Of a DNA stretch of 64,000 nt, positions 26,096-38,458 are shown piece by piece. The translations under genes and the position numbers were made by a program. Origin of the DNA: Nageia nagi (Eukaryota; Plantae; Pinophyta). The stretch is from positions 100,750,001 through 100,814,000 of the forward strand of contig JBITNC010000001.1 in NCBI GenBank assembly GCA_050084985.1. Direction: 5' to 3'. The notes beneath the pieces are model-generated. The model had not been told where the DNA came from. It made no database searches and saw nothing but the letters and a program-made list of their open reading frames with translations. Position 1 is the stretch's first letter, and each line of letters opens with the position of its first letter.

Positions 26096-28999
26096 AGATG
26101 AATCTATATATGCTCTTTGGAGATATTTTTTGTTCTCTCATTGCAAGTTATTTGCATTTAATTATACCATATTACCATATCTTCTCCTACCATATTCAAT
26201 TCAAAGAGGGGGAATGATACATCATCAAAAAATTTATCATTCAAAGCTTCACTCAGATAGGAAATTTCTTTATCATTTTCCATCCTTTCTTTCCTTTGCA
26301 AGCATAATTACATTTCATTTCATTAAACTTGAAAAGGGGGAACTATTGATACTTAATTTAGATACCTAATATCTTAAATGAATTGTCATATTACTTAATT
26401 AGTGATATGATCTATTTTAATATTATATCTCATATTATTTTTATTTAAGATTATGCATATACTCTTCTCATGTTATTTCTCTTTTTGTATGCAAGGATAC
26501 TTTTTTAATATGATATCTAATCATGTTCCTACAAAAGGAGGTAAGGTAACATGAGGAGATGATCATATTTTCATCTCATTAGTCACATTCAAACAATAAA
26601 AAAATCTAAGGTTTCTCTTGATAGTCTTTCTTATTATGATTGGGTTTGTTATCATACATGCATGTATTATTCATCTTTCTCTATATGCTGTTTTAGGCTT
26701 ATCACACTTTCTATACTATAGGGAATATGGATTGTGAAGGCTAACTTGTAGGAGGAATAATTTTAGTGTTGTTAATGTCATCCATGCTTCTTGAGGCATT
26801 TGTGCTAGTTTCTTGTACTATCCTCACTATTGGATCTTGGTTTCCAAGGTTACATCTCCATGATAAGTATGATATGAGTATACAAATGATCATCCAAGTA
26901 AGATGATATGTATATCTCTCATGATCCCTTTCTCATAAGTACTAAATATGATCCAATAGTTTAAGTATCATTATTATCGATTTATAATTTTTTAATACTT
27001 CAAATTATTGCATATTATTCATACATAGTTAATTTACATGATACTTAAGTTCATTCAATAGTAATTTCTTATATTATTGTTTATATTTTATGCATTTAAA
27101 GGGTTAATTTTAAACATCTACATTGGGAACTATGATTACATTTTCAAAGTGAAAAATGAACTTATTATTTCTCTCTGAAGATACTTCTTTGAAGTGTTGA
27201 TGATCTTGATAAATATCATGAGCTTAAGGTTTTAAGTTTTAAACCTTTCTTTATGTGCCTTTTTTATTTGGTTTCTTTGTAAATATTTTTGTGAAATAGG
27301 GGATCCAAAGCAAAAATGAACTTGAAAAAATAATAAAGAAAATAGTGTTAAAAGGGTTTATATATTTGGGAGGGTTTGCACCAATCTTGAGTGACATGAT
27401 GAATTTTAGAAAACTCTGATAGTGATCAAATACCTATCTTATTATCAAACATCATAAATATAACAAAGAGTGAAGAAAATGAAATACATGAATAACATAG
27501 TGATATTCATGAAAATAAGATCATAACATTATCATGAAAGAACTTAAAGAGCATGAAGAAGATGAACGAAATTAAAAACCATCCCCTAGTACTTATCATC
27601 CTCTAAAGGGAGAAGCGAATGAAGTTATATGAGTGAGAATCAATCTACTCTATCATTATGGTTTGAATAAGAACCCGTCCCTCTTGAATGAAATGAGCAA
27701 TATCGAAATCATGCTAATCTTGAGGCCTTATTTTTATGTTTGGTTGTTCTAATTTACCTCAAATATTTGTTTGGTTGTTATAATATTATTTCTTAATTAT
27801 AATTTCTAATTTTCCTCTCCTAAGACTAATATTTTCCTAAGTTATCTTGATGAATTGTTTTACAAATATTGCTAATGATTTTTACAACTTGACAAAAATG
27901 AAAATAACCTTTTCCTAAGTAAAAAATTAACCAAATTGAAACTCCAACCTTAAAATTGAAACTCAAGGATTAAGAGGTAATGATTGAAACTTTGCTTAAA
28001 TAAAAGTTCCTTAAAAATAAGGTAGTGTTCAATCTTGTTTTTGGCTCAAATTGACCTGAGATTGAAATTGAAAGTATTTGAAACTGCACTAATACTTATT
28101 ATGTCATTCTTTTTATGATTTGTTAAGTTGATTTTGAGATATAATATAATATTTTATACATGATAAATAATGAAATCATTATAAAATTTGATATACATGA
28201 CACATTAGAAAAACATATTTTTTTTAATGAACATGAAATGTTATTATAACCTTGATAAACATGATGATCCTTAATGAGCTTTGATGAACACAAGAAAGAT
28301 GATGATCATGAATGAGTTTTGAGGATAATATTGGATGTAATTTAATGAAGCTAGATGAATAATTCTAATCCTTAATGAAACCAAATGAGTGCGATATATA
28401 TATTCACAAATCTTCACATCTTTCATCTTTATCATATTTGATTTATGAATAACATATGAAGATTTGTGAATAACATTATAGAGATGAAAGATGCAAATAT
28501 TTATGAATAACATGGTACACCAACCAAGAGTGTATGATGATTTTGCTATGTTATCATTAAATTTTCCTCATGAAAAATCTAACATTATTTATGAAAATGA
28601 TGATAATTATAGAAAAGGATGATAAAATTGGAACTCACCTATGTGATACTCACCTCTTATGGGTGCTTTTGGGATGAATATCTTTCTAGTGTATCTTGAA
28701 AACCAAAATTAGAATGTCAGGGATGTTGCTTCATCACTTAATTTCATTAAGAAATAACCCCATGAGTTATCATAATATCCCAAAAATACACACATGCTCA
28801 TCCAAAATATCTTATTAGCGGGATTAGTACATCATGTATGCGAAAGACTTTAATGAAATCCATAAAAGAAAACTTAAATATGAATAAAGAAATGCAAAAT
28901 TGAGATAAGATAATCAAGATTCAATAAGAACAAGGTTAGTAAACATACAAAAATAAACCTAAATCTACAAAGAAATATGACATGGGACATGGGAATCAT

Positions 29000-30800
29000 A
29001 GGATTATCCTTGGTGGAGAATTGGGTCGTAATCTCTTATAGAGGTGATCTGCATGTTGTCAACATTAGTTGATCCAACCTCTATCTCCCCTAAAGTGTTA
29101 AATTCACTCTAATATAAAATGTTCTTGATATTTTATTTCATCATGTCTTGTTGACTAAACATATCCAATGATAACTTAATAAATATTCATTATTTGAACC
29201 CCAACTTGTAAAAATGGATTTATAAATATACCTAATTTTTGATTCAATAAATACATTGGTTCTCTTTTCTATTGATTTCTTTAACCTTCCTAATCCTTTC
29301 TCTCATCAACAAATGGATTTTTTTTTAGTCAATCATATGTTGAACAATATCATGTAATTTGCAATATTTTCCTATGGTGTGACCAATATTCTTATGATAA
29401 TTATAAATCTCCTTATATCCATCTAATAACCATTTGAAAAGGAATGAAATTTAATATATGGAGGCTCAATGATGTTTCCCTCAACCAAAGCAATCAAAAT
29501 TGAATTAATACTTTTCAAAAATTGTGTACCTTATTGGTCTTATAGAAAGATTGGTTTGAGTTGTTAGGGAGTTGTTATGGGTTTATTTTCATCTTTTGCT
29601 AATATTTTTTCATCTTTTAAATTGATGGTATTATTTCCTTTTTTTTTCTTTCTTTTATCTCTAGGTTTTGATTTCAATTAAATATATTTCGTGAAAGGTT
29701 CATCATTTGATCATGTTATTTCAATATGAAACTACAATAATAAAGAATGGAGAAAAACTCTCTCAAGTCATATGGGTCAACTATGATCTCATTAGCTTCC
29801 CTTATTTGTACTTCAACAAAATCATCAAAGCTTTGATCCTCTTTGTTTCAACCTATATAGGTCACTAAACTTGGTTTTTGATTTGATGTCATGTCTATAC
29901 TATTCGAAAAGCTTAATTATTAAAATCTTATAACTATCTATAATTTGTAAAGGAAAAGTATAGTACCATTGCAAACATCCTTCAAACTTGAAGGAAATAA
30001 CTTAGCCATTATATATGAATATATTATGAATTATGTTGCTTGAAAAATTTTGAAATTTCTTTTTGGATCTTGACTTCCATCAAATTTTATAAATCTAACA
30101 TTTCTCTTTGATGAAAATCTTCACGTATCAATCCTTTTACATAATGGTCAAATAATAGTGGTATCCAACTCTTCTTCTTGTGGCTTTATTATTCTTTCTA
30201 ATCTTTCATTTTCTTCCATTTTTTCTATATCATATATTAAATGTTATTGAGTTTAAACTTTAGGAATTTCTTGGATTCTTGATTTTTTCTTTATTTTGTT
30301 GTTATGAAATTTGATTTTCTTAATGTCAATTTTTCTCATAAGGCTATTCTTATTTGGTTCTCTAGCTACTAATTTCCTTTTCATTGCTTCACATTTCTCA
30401 TGAACTTATTTTGTAATTTATTCTTCAATTTGTAACTTTGTAAATGGACCTATTCAATTGACTATGTCTTCTTCTAAAGTTATTTTGAATTCTTTTAACA
30501 TTATTTCTTATTCGGTATCTAAATTTTCTAGTTTATTAATATCATATTTTGCTTGGGTTAATCCTATATTGCTTAAGGTTTCTTCTAATGGATTATATGT
30601 TTCCTCTTGATCATCTATTATTTCTTCACTATCATCCACTAGGATATGCTCATCAACATCATATGATTCTACAGAGACCTCTTCTCTAACATACCTTTCT
30701 AAATTCAATTGATTTTTATTAGATTATGGAATCCTACATTTGTTTGATAATTTTGTTAGTGGAGTTGGAGGTGAATCAAAGGGTCTACAAAGATCTAAAA
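29000..30800 (-). pseudogene. highly decayed gypsy (Tat/Ogre-like) gag remnant; limits approximate
   Basis: Minus-strand KFDGSQDPK (~30060-30090) and a Zn-knuckle-like YHKNIGHTIGKYCKLHDIVQHMID (~29328-29400). Confidence 0.55.
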
Positions 30801-31028
30801 ATCAAGTACTAAAGCCTTAGATTTAGTATATATCAAAGTGAAATGAGTAATATGATACTTTGTGCATCTATTTGAAGAATCTTACCCTTGTCAACTTTCT
30901 GCCAAGTCATTCCCAAAGAGTACTTAAAAATTCAATAGTTTTTTTAGGGAGGGATTAACACTTATCCTAGATTTTGCAAGGGTTAGGATCAACCTCAATG
31001 ATGATCAAGCTCCTCCCCATGTATTAGT

Positions 31029-31185
31029 GGCCTGAAACATGATCTCATAAAAATAGGTTCATAGTTAAACCTGTAGGCCTAAAACATAATCTCATAAAAA
31101 TAAGTTCATGGTCAATCCTATAGGCCTAAAAAATTATCATGGTCAATCCTATAAGTCTTAAATAGAGCTATGATCAACCCTATTT
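31029..31185. repeat. degenerate ~47-bp tandem repeat
   Basis: ggcct(g/a)aaacat(g/a)atctcataaaaata(g/a)gttcat... present twice, plus partial catggtcaatcctata units. Confidence 0.7.
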
Positions 31186-32984
31186 TGGGGAGTTTTATGA
31201 AGTTTAAAATTGAAAGGGTTATCATTGAGTTCAAGATACCCACCTTATGGTTTTTTAGCTCTAGTTTGATTTGAAACTTATTATTTTGGTAGGAAAAGCT
31301 CTACATATCATAAAAATAACAATAAAATTCTTGATGTCTCAACTTCATAATGATGATATGCAATACCTCAAAAGAGTGGTAAATTGGAGGATCTCAATAC
31401 TTGGTATCTTACTCAATAAATAGAATATGTAATCATAAAAAGAGTCAATGCTTTTGATATATCCTTATATATATTGTGAAAGAAATGAAATAAGAGCACA
31501 TTGGTCAACTTTACTCTTGAAATTTGAAAATACTTTATTGAAATTCTCTTGATAGTTTAATAACCACCTTCATGCAGTATCCAGATCAACATTGTTGGGC
31601 TTTGTACTTTTGAGAGACCTTCCTTCTTTGAAAGCGCTCTTAGCACACACACAACAGCCTAGGGAGGATTGACAAATCATATCCTTTTTCAAAGCCTCTT
31701 CCTTAGATGGGTCTCATCGGAGGCATCGAGAGGAGCAACCACTACCTCTCTATCAGACAGGAGATGCATTCAAGTTACCTAAACCACACCAAGGGTGTGA
31801 TAAATTACTTCTTTTTTCTCCAGTATTAATCTTTTTGATAGACCTATGAGGGCCTCCCAAGATGGCCTCCTGGATATTGTAGATTTTGTACCACCCATTC
31901 CTTAGGGTTGGGTCTTCTCCTCTCTTATATAGTTGTACTAGCTTTGATTAGGCTTTTTTTTTGTTTATTTTAAAGGAAGCCCAATAGGGGTTTGCTGGCA
32001 TCTGATTCCTATATTGTTCACTCTAGTCCCATTGACCACTTTTGGTCACCTGAGGACACTAATATACTTTCATTCTTTCTTTCTCCAAACAATAAAATCA
32101 TTTTAGATACCTAAGCTAGTACTATTTTTTAACAAGATAAAAAATTAAATACAGGTGTTTACACTCTCTTAAAGAGACAACAATAATAAGAGAAGATAAG
32201 TTTTTTAGTGTCCTTTTAAACACTTGGTTTATAGTAACTATCAAAGTTGGTCCAAAAATAAATATAAATCAATTATGCATTTGAAATGCTTATTTCTAAC
32301 ATAATTAAGCTATTTAACAAAATCACCAAACATGTTTTGGTTATCTTGATTTAAAAATTCACATATGAAGCTATAATTACAAATATTTTTATAGGTTTGT
32401 TTGATGTCTTTATAAAATAGATAAAAAAGAGAAAATAAGTCTCTTCTTCTATAGCATTTAGGTTGTAAAACTTACAAATTCTTTTATCCTAATGTATTTT
32501 ATGTATTGCCCATCTACTAATTTTGCTATACAATTCATATGAATTAGTTTTTAATCTCATGATTGCAAGTTTCTTTTTAGAATGATAATTTTATGTGGAT
32601 AGTATAGACATTCAAGTTTTGAATTAATGTAAAAATGATAAACATCTATTAAGAAGACTCTCATAAAAATATCATTATGTAGAATTATTAAGTAATTCTA
32701 TGATTGATATTCTAATATAATTAATTTTAATTAATCAATGAGATCATAAGTATTAACTAGCTTTACTCTTGAAAAACTTGAAAAAATTTCTTAATTAGTA
32801 TTTTTATTGATTAGGTTTTTTAATCCTATATCTTGTTTCTTCATCATAACATGTAGATATAAGATTTTCATGATTATTCTTGTTCAAAATGAGAAGGGTA
32901 GGGTTCATTACTACCCTCAAGAAATCGACCGCTACCATTATCAGGAGTTTGGAATGATGAGACTAGCTTGATAGAGTTGCAGAA

Positions 32985-33326
32985 ATGGTGCTGAGCAAGC
33001 CATACGTCCTCCGCCTCTTCATATCACACAGATATATAACCGCAAATGTGGTGGACAGAAGCAGAGGCCACATCGTTGTGAGCGCCTCCTCCATTGAAGA
33101 GCAGCTGAAGAAGCATTTCGAATGCAAACGCACTTCCAATGCAAAGGCCGCTGCCGTCGTTGGAGACGTCTTGGCCATGCGCATCAAGGTCGAAGGCATC
33201 CCCCAAATCCACTCCAACATTCAAAAGGAACTCAACAAGGGCTTCGGAAATCGAACTAAAATCTGGGCTTTGATCAACTCCTTGAGATCCCGTGGCGTTA
33301 AAATTGTTGATGATGAGGGGCTTTAG
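32985..33326 (+). CDS. uL18: organellar ribosomal protein uL18 (L18p/L5e family)-like protein, 113 aa, intronless CDS
   Basis: Intact ORF that retains CpGs. YVLRLFIS.RYITANVVDR..GHIVVSASSIE...NAKAAAVVGDVLAMR...INSLRSRGVKIV fits the L18p fold pattern of plant uL18-like proteins. Confidence 0.92.
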   Translation: MVLSKPYVLRLFISHRYITANVVDRSRGHIVVSASSIEEQLKKHFECKRTSNAKAAAVVGDVLAMRIKVEGIPQIHSNIQKELNKGFGNRTKIWALINSLRSRGVKIVDDEGL

Positions 33327-33840
33327 TCTCTTCTCTTCAATTCGGTAACATGGTTTTTTCTTTTCTTGAGGGTTATGATTCATGGAATGTTGATGTTGAA
33401 TTTTTATGAGGACTTGGCCGAAGATTTTAGTTTTAGAGAAATCTTTAACATGCTAAGATTTTGTAGATAAGAAAAGCTACAAAGCAAATGTACTGGAAGT
33501 TGAAAGTAGCTACATAATTGAGCAAAAAAATGGAACACCATAGGACCGATAAGAGATGGTTGAACATGGTTATTTTTTTTCATCAATCCGCCATCAAGAG
33601 TTTCTGATTTTAACTAAATGCTCAAGCAATGCATTGTAATTGTCTTTGTCTGATCTTTTGAGGAAGATTTTCATTAATATTCGGGGAACGCATAAAATTT
33701 TGCTTACAATTCGTTTATTTTTAAAGCATTTTGAAATTTCAGTCAATATTTAGCTGGTGATTGAAAAACCCTAGTCAGGGTTTTGAAATAATTTTTTTTG
33801 TTGGAACCCTATTCACTCTAGGATTAATAGTCTAATAAAA

Positions 33841-33995
33841 GGGCTGGTAGCTCAGTGGTGGATAACATGTGCAGGTATTTAGGATTTACTGGGTTCAAGT
33901 CCTGAATGGACCATAGGTTCAGAAAAAATGATCAATCATAAGTGGGCCTTATTGGTTACCTGGGCTAGCTTTACCTGTCATTAAAAGAAACAAAC
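33841..33995 (+). mobile_element. tRNA-derived SINE or tRNA pseudogene
   Basis: Pol III A box TAGCTCAGTGG (33848) and B box GGTTCAAGTCC (33892) at tRNA-like spacing. No proper acceptor or anticodon stems; A-rich end near 33982-33994. Confidence 0.6.
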
Positions 33996-34175
33996 TTATT
34001 GCCTTGTTTAGTCTAGGGTTGATTGACGCTTTACAGCCAGGGAGGGTTAATTTTAAGAAAAAATTAATTATATAAACAAAGGCGATTCGGATTCGTGGGT
34101 TGGTTATTCCTGTAAAAGTGCGATTCCAAAAAAAATTTACGTAAAAAAAAGGGAATTCCTAAAAATGAAAATTTC

Positions 34176-34338
34176 CTAAATATTTCTAAAACCTCCTGCA
34201 CTTCGAATGCTCTCTTCGAGAAGTTAAGAACCAATTATGAGACTTCAATTATACCAACATACCCACTCCAAAACCCAGCAATCAATTTTGGTGTTAAAAC
34301 CAAGAGAAGAGTTAATGATCCTGGCATCTACAATCAGT
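34176..34338 (-). pseudogene. COR413: duplicated, more degraded copy of the COR413 last exon
   Basis: Reads D*L*MPGSLTLLLVLTPKLIAGF... with a frameshift; part of the direct duplication 34043-34437 / 35306-35732. Confidence 0.85.
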
Positions 34339-35469
34339 CTGCCAAAATGAACATGGATATTATTAGCAACTAATCATATATTATGTTTTGATCATTTTCA
34401 CCATCAAAAACATAAAAGTTACCTTCATAATCCTACAAGGGCAAAATAATGTGAAATAGTAATTAGAAGCTTGTTAATACTCCTAACACTTTAATAACAT
34501 AAAGTTTTAGAATTTAAACATCTAAATTAAGCATAAAATAGTTAGTCTCTCTATTCAAATAAGAACTCACAATCCCATCGAGTGAACCATTTATGTTGAT
34601 CAAGAGAAAGCACCAATAAGGATTTGTCCATAACATGCCCTAGATTCACATTCAATAGAGGTAAATATGATCATAGGTTAGTGTCTGATGTTGACTATCA
34701 CTTGTAAGATTCTCAACAAATAACGTTACTGAGCATTATTTGGAGGCCTCCTAAAATATTTAGTGGTTTGATTTCTTTCAAGAATGATCAAACCTCTTAT
34801 TCATTTGAGATTTGATAGATACAGGTGTGTGAAATGATACAAATGAAGCATGCAATCAAATAACAGTAAATTTTTCCTTAAATTACCTTGTAATTTTGGT
34901 AGTATGGGATGTGCTTTTGTATTTTTATAAAATCATTGCATCATTTTTCTCACCTACAAAAATGTTGGGTCATTTCTCGCTTGCTCATATAACCTAAAAA
35001 AATATTGAAATATTTATTCAATCTCATTCTCGGTTCAAAAATATCATTTGCTAAATATTTTATTTCGAGAGTTTTATTGACAATTATCTATTTAGCCTCT
35101 TGCGAGAAAATGATGCAATTTTGTATAGGTTTGAGATGTGAAAAGGTTATGAAAGATCTTGAAGTTAAAATGAAGGCCACCCAAGTTGTTCAAAATGAAT
35201 GTGCTAGCTGTAATGAAGAGAAAAATGAAGAGCAGACATTAATCCATAAATAGGGATAAACCTAATGGATTAGAAGTGACTCATGAGTACTCAACAAGCT
35301 AGGCAGGGTTCAATTTAAGAAAAAAAATTAATTTTTAATTATATGATCAAAGGCGATCCCGATTCTTAGGTTGGCTATTCCTGTAAAAGGGTGTATAGTG
35401 AATATGGTGATTCCAAAAGTCAAGAAAAAAAGTTATGGTAAAAAAATGATTTCCAAAAATGAAAATTTC

Positions 35470-35633
35470 CTAAATATTTCTAAAGCCTCCTGCACTTCGA
35501 ATGTGCTCTTGGAGAAGATAAGGACCAATTATGAGGCTTACAATAATACCAACATATCCACTCCTAAACCCAGCAATCAAATTTGGTGTTACAACCAAGA
35601 AATGAATTAATGATCCTGGCATCTCCAACCAGT
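35470..35633 (-). pseudogene. COR413: COR413-PM-like cold-acclimation membrane protein, exon 4
   Basis: AG acceptor at 35634-35635; DWLEMPGSLIHFLVVTP...IGPYLLQEHIRSAGGFRNI* is the WCOR413 family motif. Confidence 0.9.
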
Positions 35634-36437
35634 CTATCAAAATGAACATGGATATTATTAGCAACTAATCATATATTATATATTGATCATTTGTACCATC
35701 AACAACATAAAAGTTACCTTCATAACCCTACAGAGCATTTGATAGACCATATCTTCACAAGAATGGCATTCCTTAGGTGCAAGAAATTAAAAAGAAAACA
35801 GAAACGAACATATTCATCTGATAATTGTTTGATAACCCTGTCAATAAGTGACAACTGGGAATCAAACAAGCTATAACCTCGTAGATAGCAGAAATGGTAA
35901 AATGGAGAGATTGAAAAAGAGCTTGCAAAGGGACTTAAAATGATATTCCTCGCTTGCTTTATTTTATAAATGCTTAAGAGTGCATGCATCTCCACTATGT
36001 CTCGTATGCAACTTGATTTGCACCAGAATGCAAAACATGTAACTTATGCCCGTAATGACATATTTTAAATATAATACAACATTTGTGTTGTGAAAAAAAA
36101 AAACGTACTTAGGCAGAAGAGCATGCTCTTGCGCAAAATGAAAAGCTTTCGATCACACTTCCAGAGCATATTCAATCAATAAAATGCTAAACAAAATAAT
36201 ATATAATATTAACCAAGAATCTTACTGGAAATGAAGAAAGCAGATTGTCAACAACACATCATAAGAGTAGCTTTGTCAACAATAGCCTCTGAAAAATTTG
36301 AGCACATCTTGTCAGCTCAATTTTGAACCCTACCCATTCACATTTTACCATCTAATAAGTAATAATCTACTCCCGTCAGGCTTAAAATCTGATAAACTTG
36401 GCATGAGTAGCAAAGCACAGGATCATCCCAGTGCTGG

Positions 36438-36577
36438 TTTTATTCATCAATGTACACCAACTCCACTCACCAGATAGTTTTATAAGCTTCTCAGAATATA
36501 AGGACTTTTATTCATCAATGTACATCAACTCCACGTACCAGATAGTTTTATAAGCTTCTCAGAATATAAGGACTTTT
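36438..36577. repeat. 68-bp tandem duplication in a COR413 intron
   Basis: ttttattcatcaatgtaca...cagaatataaggac at 36438 and 36506, nearly identical. Confidence 0.92.
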
Positions 36578-37796
36578 GCTAATTTCCTTCTTCTTCTAGC
36601 TTCTTTAAATAGTAAATACTTCCATATTGCACCAATGAACACTCTCCTAATGTTTTTTGGCTGTCAATGCATAGTCAAGGAAGCTGAATTGTCATAAGAA
36701 TCGACCTATTATAACTCTCCTCAACAAATTATTCCTACTCGGATTCCAAAGTGGAAAAGGGTCACATAAGAAATGCTAACATCAAGTGAAACAGTTCTCT
36801 TAAAGAACAACAAAGAATCCAAATGCACAGATTACTTTGCCACCAGAAGGAAAAGACAAGCCCTTGAAAATGATGTTAGCTTCAATGATAGAAGACAGAC
36901 TCTTTTTTAAACAATGAAGGGGGTACTTTAAGTCTCACCTTACATATAATCATACAAATGAGATCCAGATTCCTGAATCTTAAGTAAGTTTGCCTTTAAT
37001 TAGTGAGAAAATCATTTGAATATGTTTTCTTTTGAAGAGTTCTCTGTTATCATCAAATTACACTATAATAAATTTCAAATTTGTTCATCAATAAATGATT
37101 TATGCACCTTGAATTTGGCAAAACGAATCTATCATTTCAGTTATTCTTAGGTTTCCATCTTCAGTTTTCACCAAAATCTTCATATAAAAAAAAGTAATTG
37201 ATTTATTATATACCGGAGCTAGTGTTAAATTTTCAAAGCGTGGGTCTTGGTAAGTACACTGAATGGTTACTTACTTGAACGGTATCTATAAACATCTGTA
37301 AAAAGTGTCTCATTATAAGTAATGATGAATTCTATATAATAAGACACTGATAGTTTCTAAATGAAATATTGGCCAAAGGAAGGCGGATTGATTAAAAGGT
37401 TATTTACGTAGTTGAGGCCAATCTTCAAAACCTGCCTCCTACCTCCTGCCACATGCTTTACTTGTATTATACTATTTGTGCCGGCTTGGGAAATTGAAAA
37501 TAGACTTTTAATTACCTCTCTGTGAAATCCAAAGGGGATTTGCCAAATAAATTATTAACAAAATGTGCAAACTTCAGTTAGGCAAACTTCAAATCTTGCA
37601 TTGAGAGGAATAGAAAATATAACATACAAAACTTGAAATGTACTTAGATTAAAATTATTCAGCCAATATTTGTATCTAACGATTACTTATCCTCTCTTAG
37701 CCACTTCTTTACTTTCCTCTGTAACTGTATACTTGTCCTTTTTGAATGTGATATTTTAAAGCCGTAATACAACCCTTAGACTTGTGAATGTCATAC

Positions 37797-37867
37797 CTGG
37801 AAAATGTCTGGGAAAAAATAATTTCAATATCACAGCAATAAAAGCTAATCATTTTCCAACTTCACCC
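37797..37867 (-). pseudogene. COR413: COR413-PM-like exon 3 (71 bp) with premature stop
   Basis: GT/AG-bounded; reads GEVGK*LAFIAVILKLFFPRHFP. The TGA at 37849-37851 replaces the conserved Trp. Phases join exons 2 and 4. Confidence 0.9.
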
Positions 37868-37967
37868 CTGTAGCAGATGATCAATCAGCACTCAAATGAC
37901 ATATTGCACAAAACATTAAAAAGATAGACAACGAAATATCTTCAAGATGGCATGAAACACTTCTCAC

Positions 37968-38075
37968 CGTAAGAAGTTAAAAATTATTGAAAGCAAATTC
38001 AAGAAGATGTACGGGACCAAAAGGGAAGTCAGCATGTTTGACTGCCAGTTTGTTCGGTCCAATATTAACCCGTAT
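37968..38075 (-). pseudogene. COR413: COR413-PM-like exon 2 (108 bp)
   Basis: tgcag acceptor and gtgag donor; reads YGLILDRTNWQSNMLTSLLVPYIFLNLLSIIFNFLR. Confidence 0.92.
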
Positions 38076-38458
38076 CTGCATTGCTTACAAGTCAAAAAGT
38101 AAGGTTTATCTATATCACATCAATGATGGATAATATTCACCTTTTAAAACTAACTATATGTTGTGACTAAAACATATGCTCCAAAATCTTGCAATTTTGG
38201 GGACCCTCAACGTGTCATGTATATACTTCATTTTGTCATCGTCTTATTCTACCCAAGTTGTGCCTTGAAGATCTAGATTCATGGACGATTCCTCTTTGGT
38301 TCAAGCCTTATTCATCTCTTAGGGTTAGTCATACCAAGTTAGAAATTTTGAAATTCCTAAAAAATTACTAAGTCTAGGAAGTGTAAAGTCGATCTTAGGT
38401 GAACCAGGGGGTCTAAGAAGAGTCAGAGCCTGACCAACTCAAACTGGACATCTCCAAG

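Noticed and set aside
32963-33383. Minus-strand ORFs 32963-33220 and 33024-33383 as genes
   Set aside because: Antisense shadows of the uL18-like CDS with no recognisable motifs.
33841-33913. Functional tRNA gene
   Set aside because: A and B boxes are present but the acceptor and anticodon stems do not pair; reported as SINE-like.
35005-35876. Plus-strand ORFs 35005, 35371 and 35691 as genes
   Set aside because: Short, without recognisable motifs, and lying antisense to or beside the COR413 exon 4 region.
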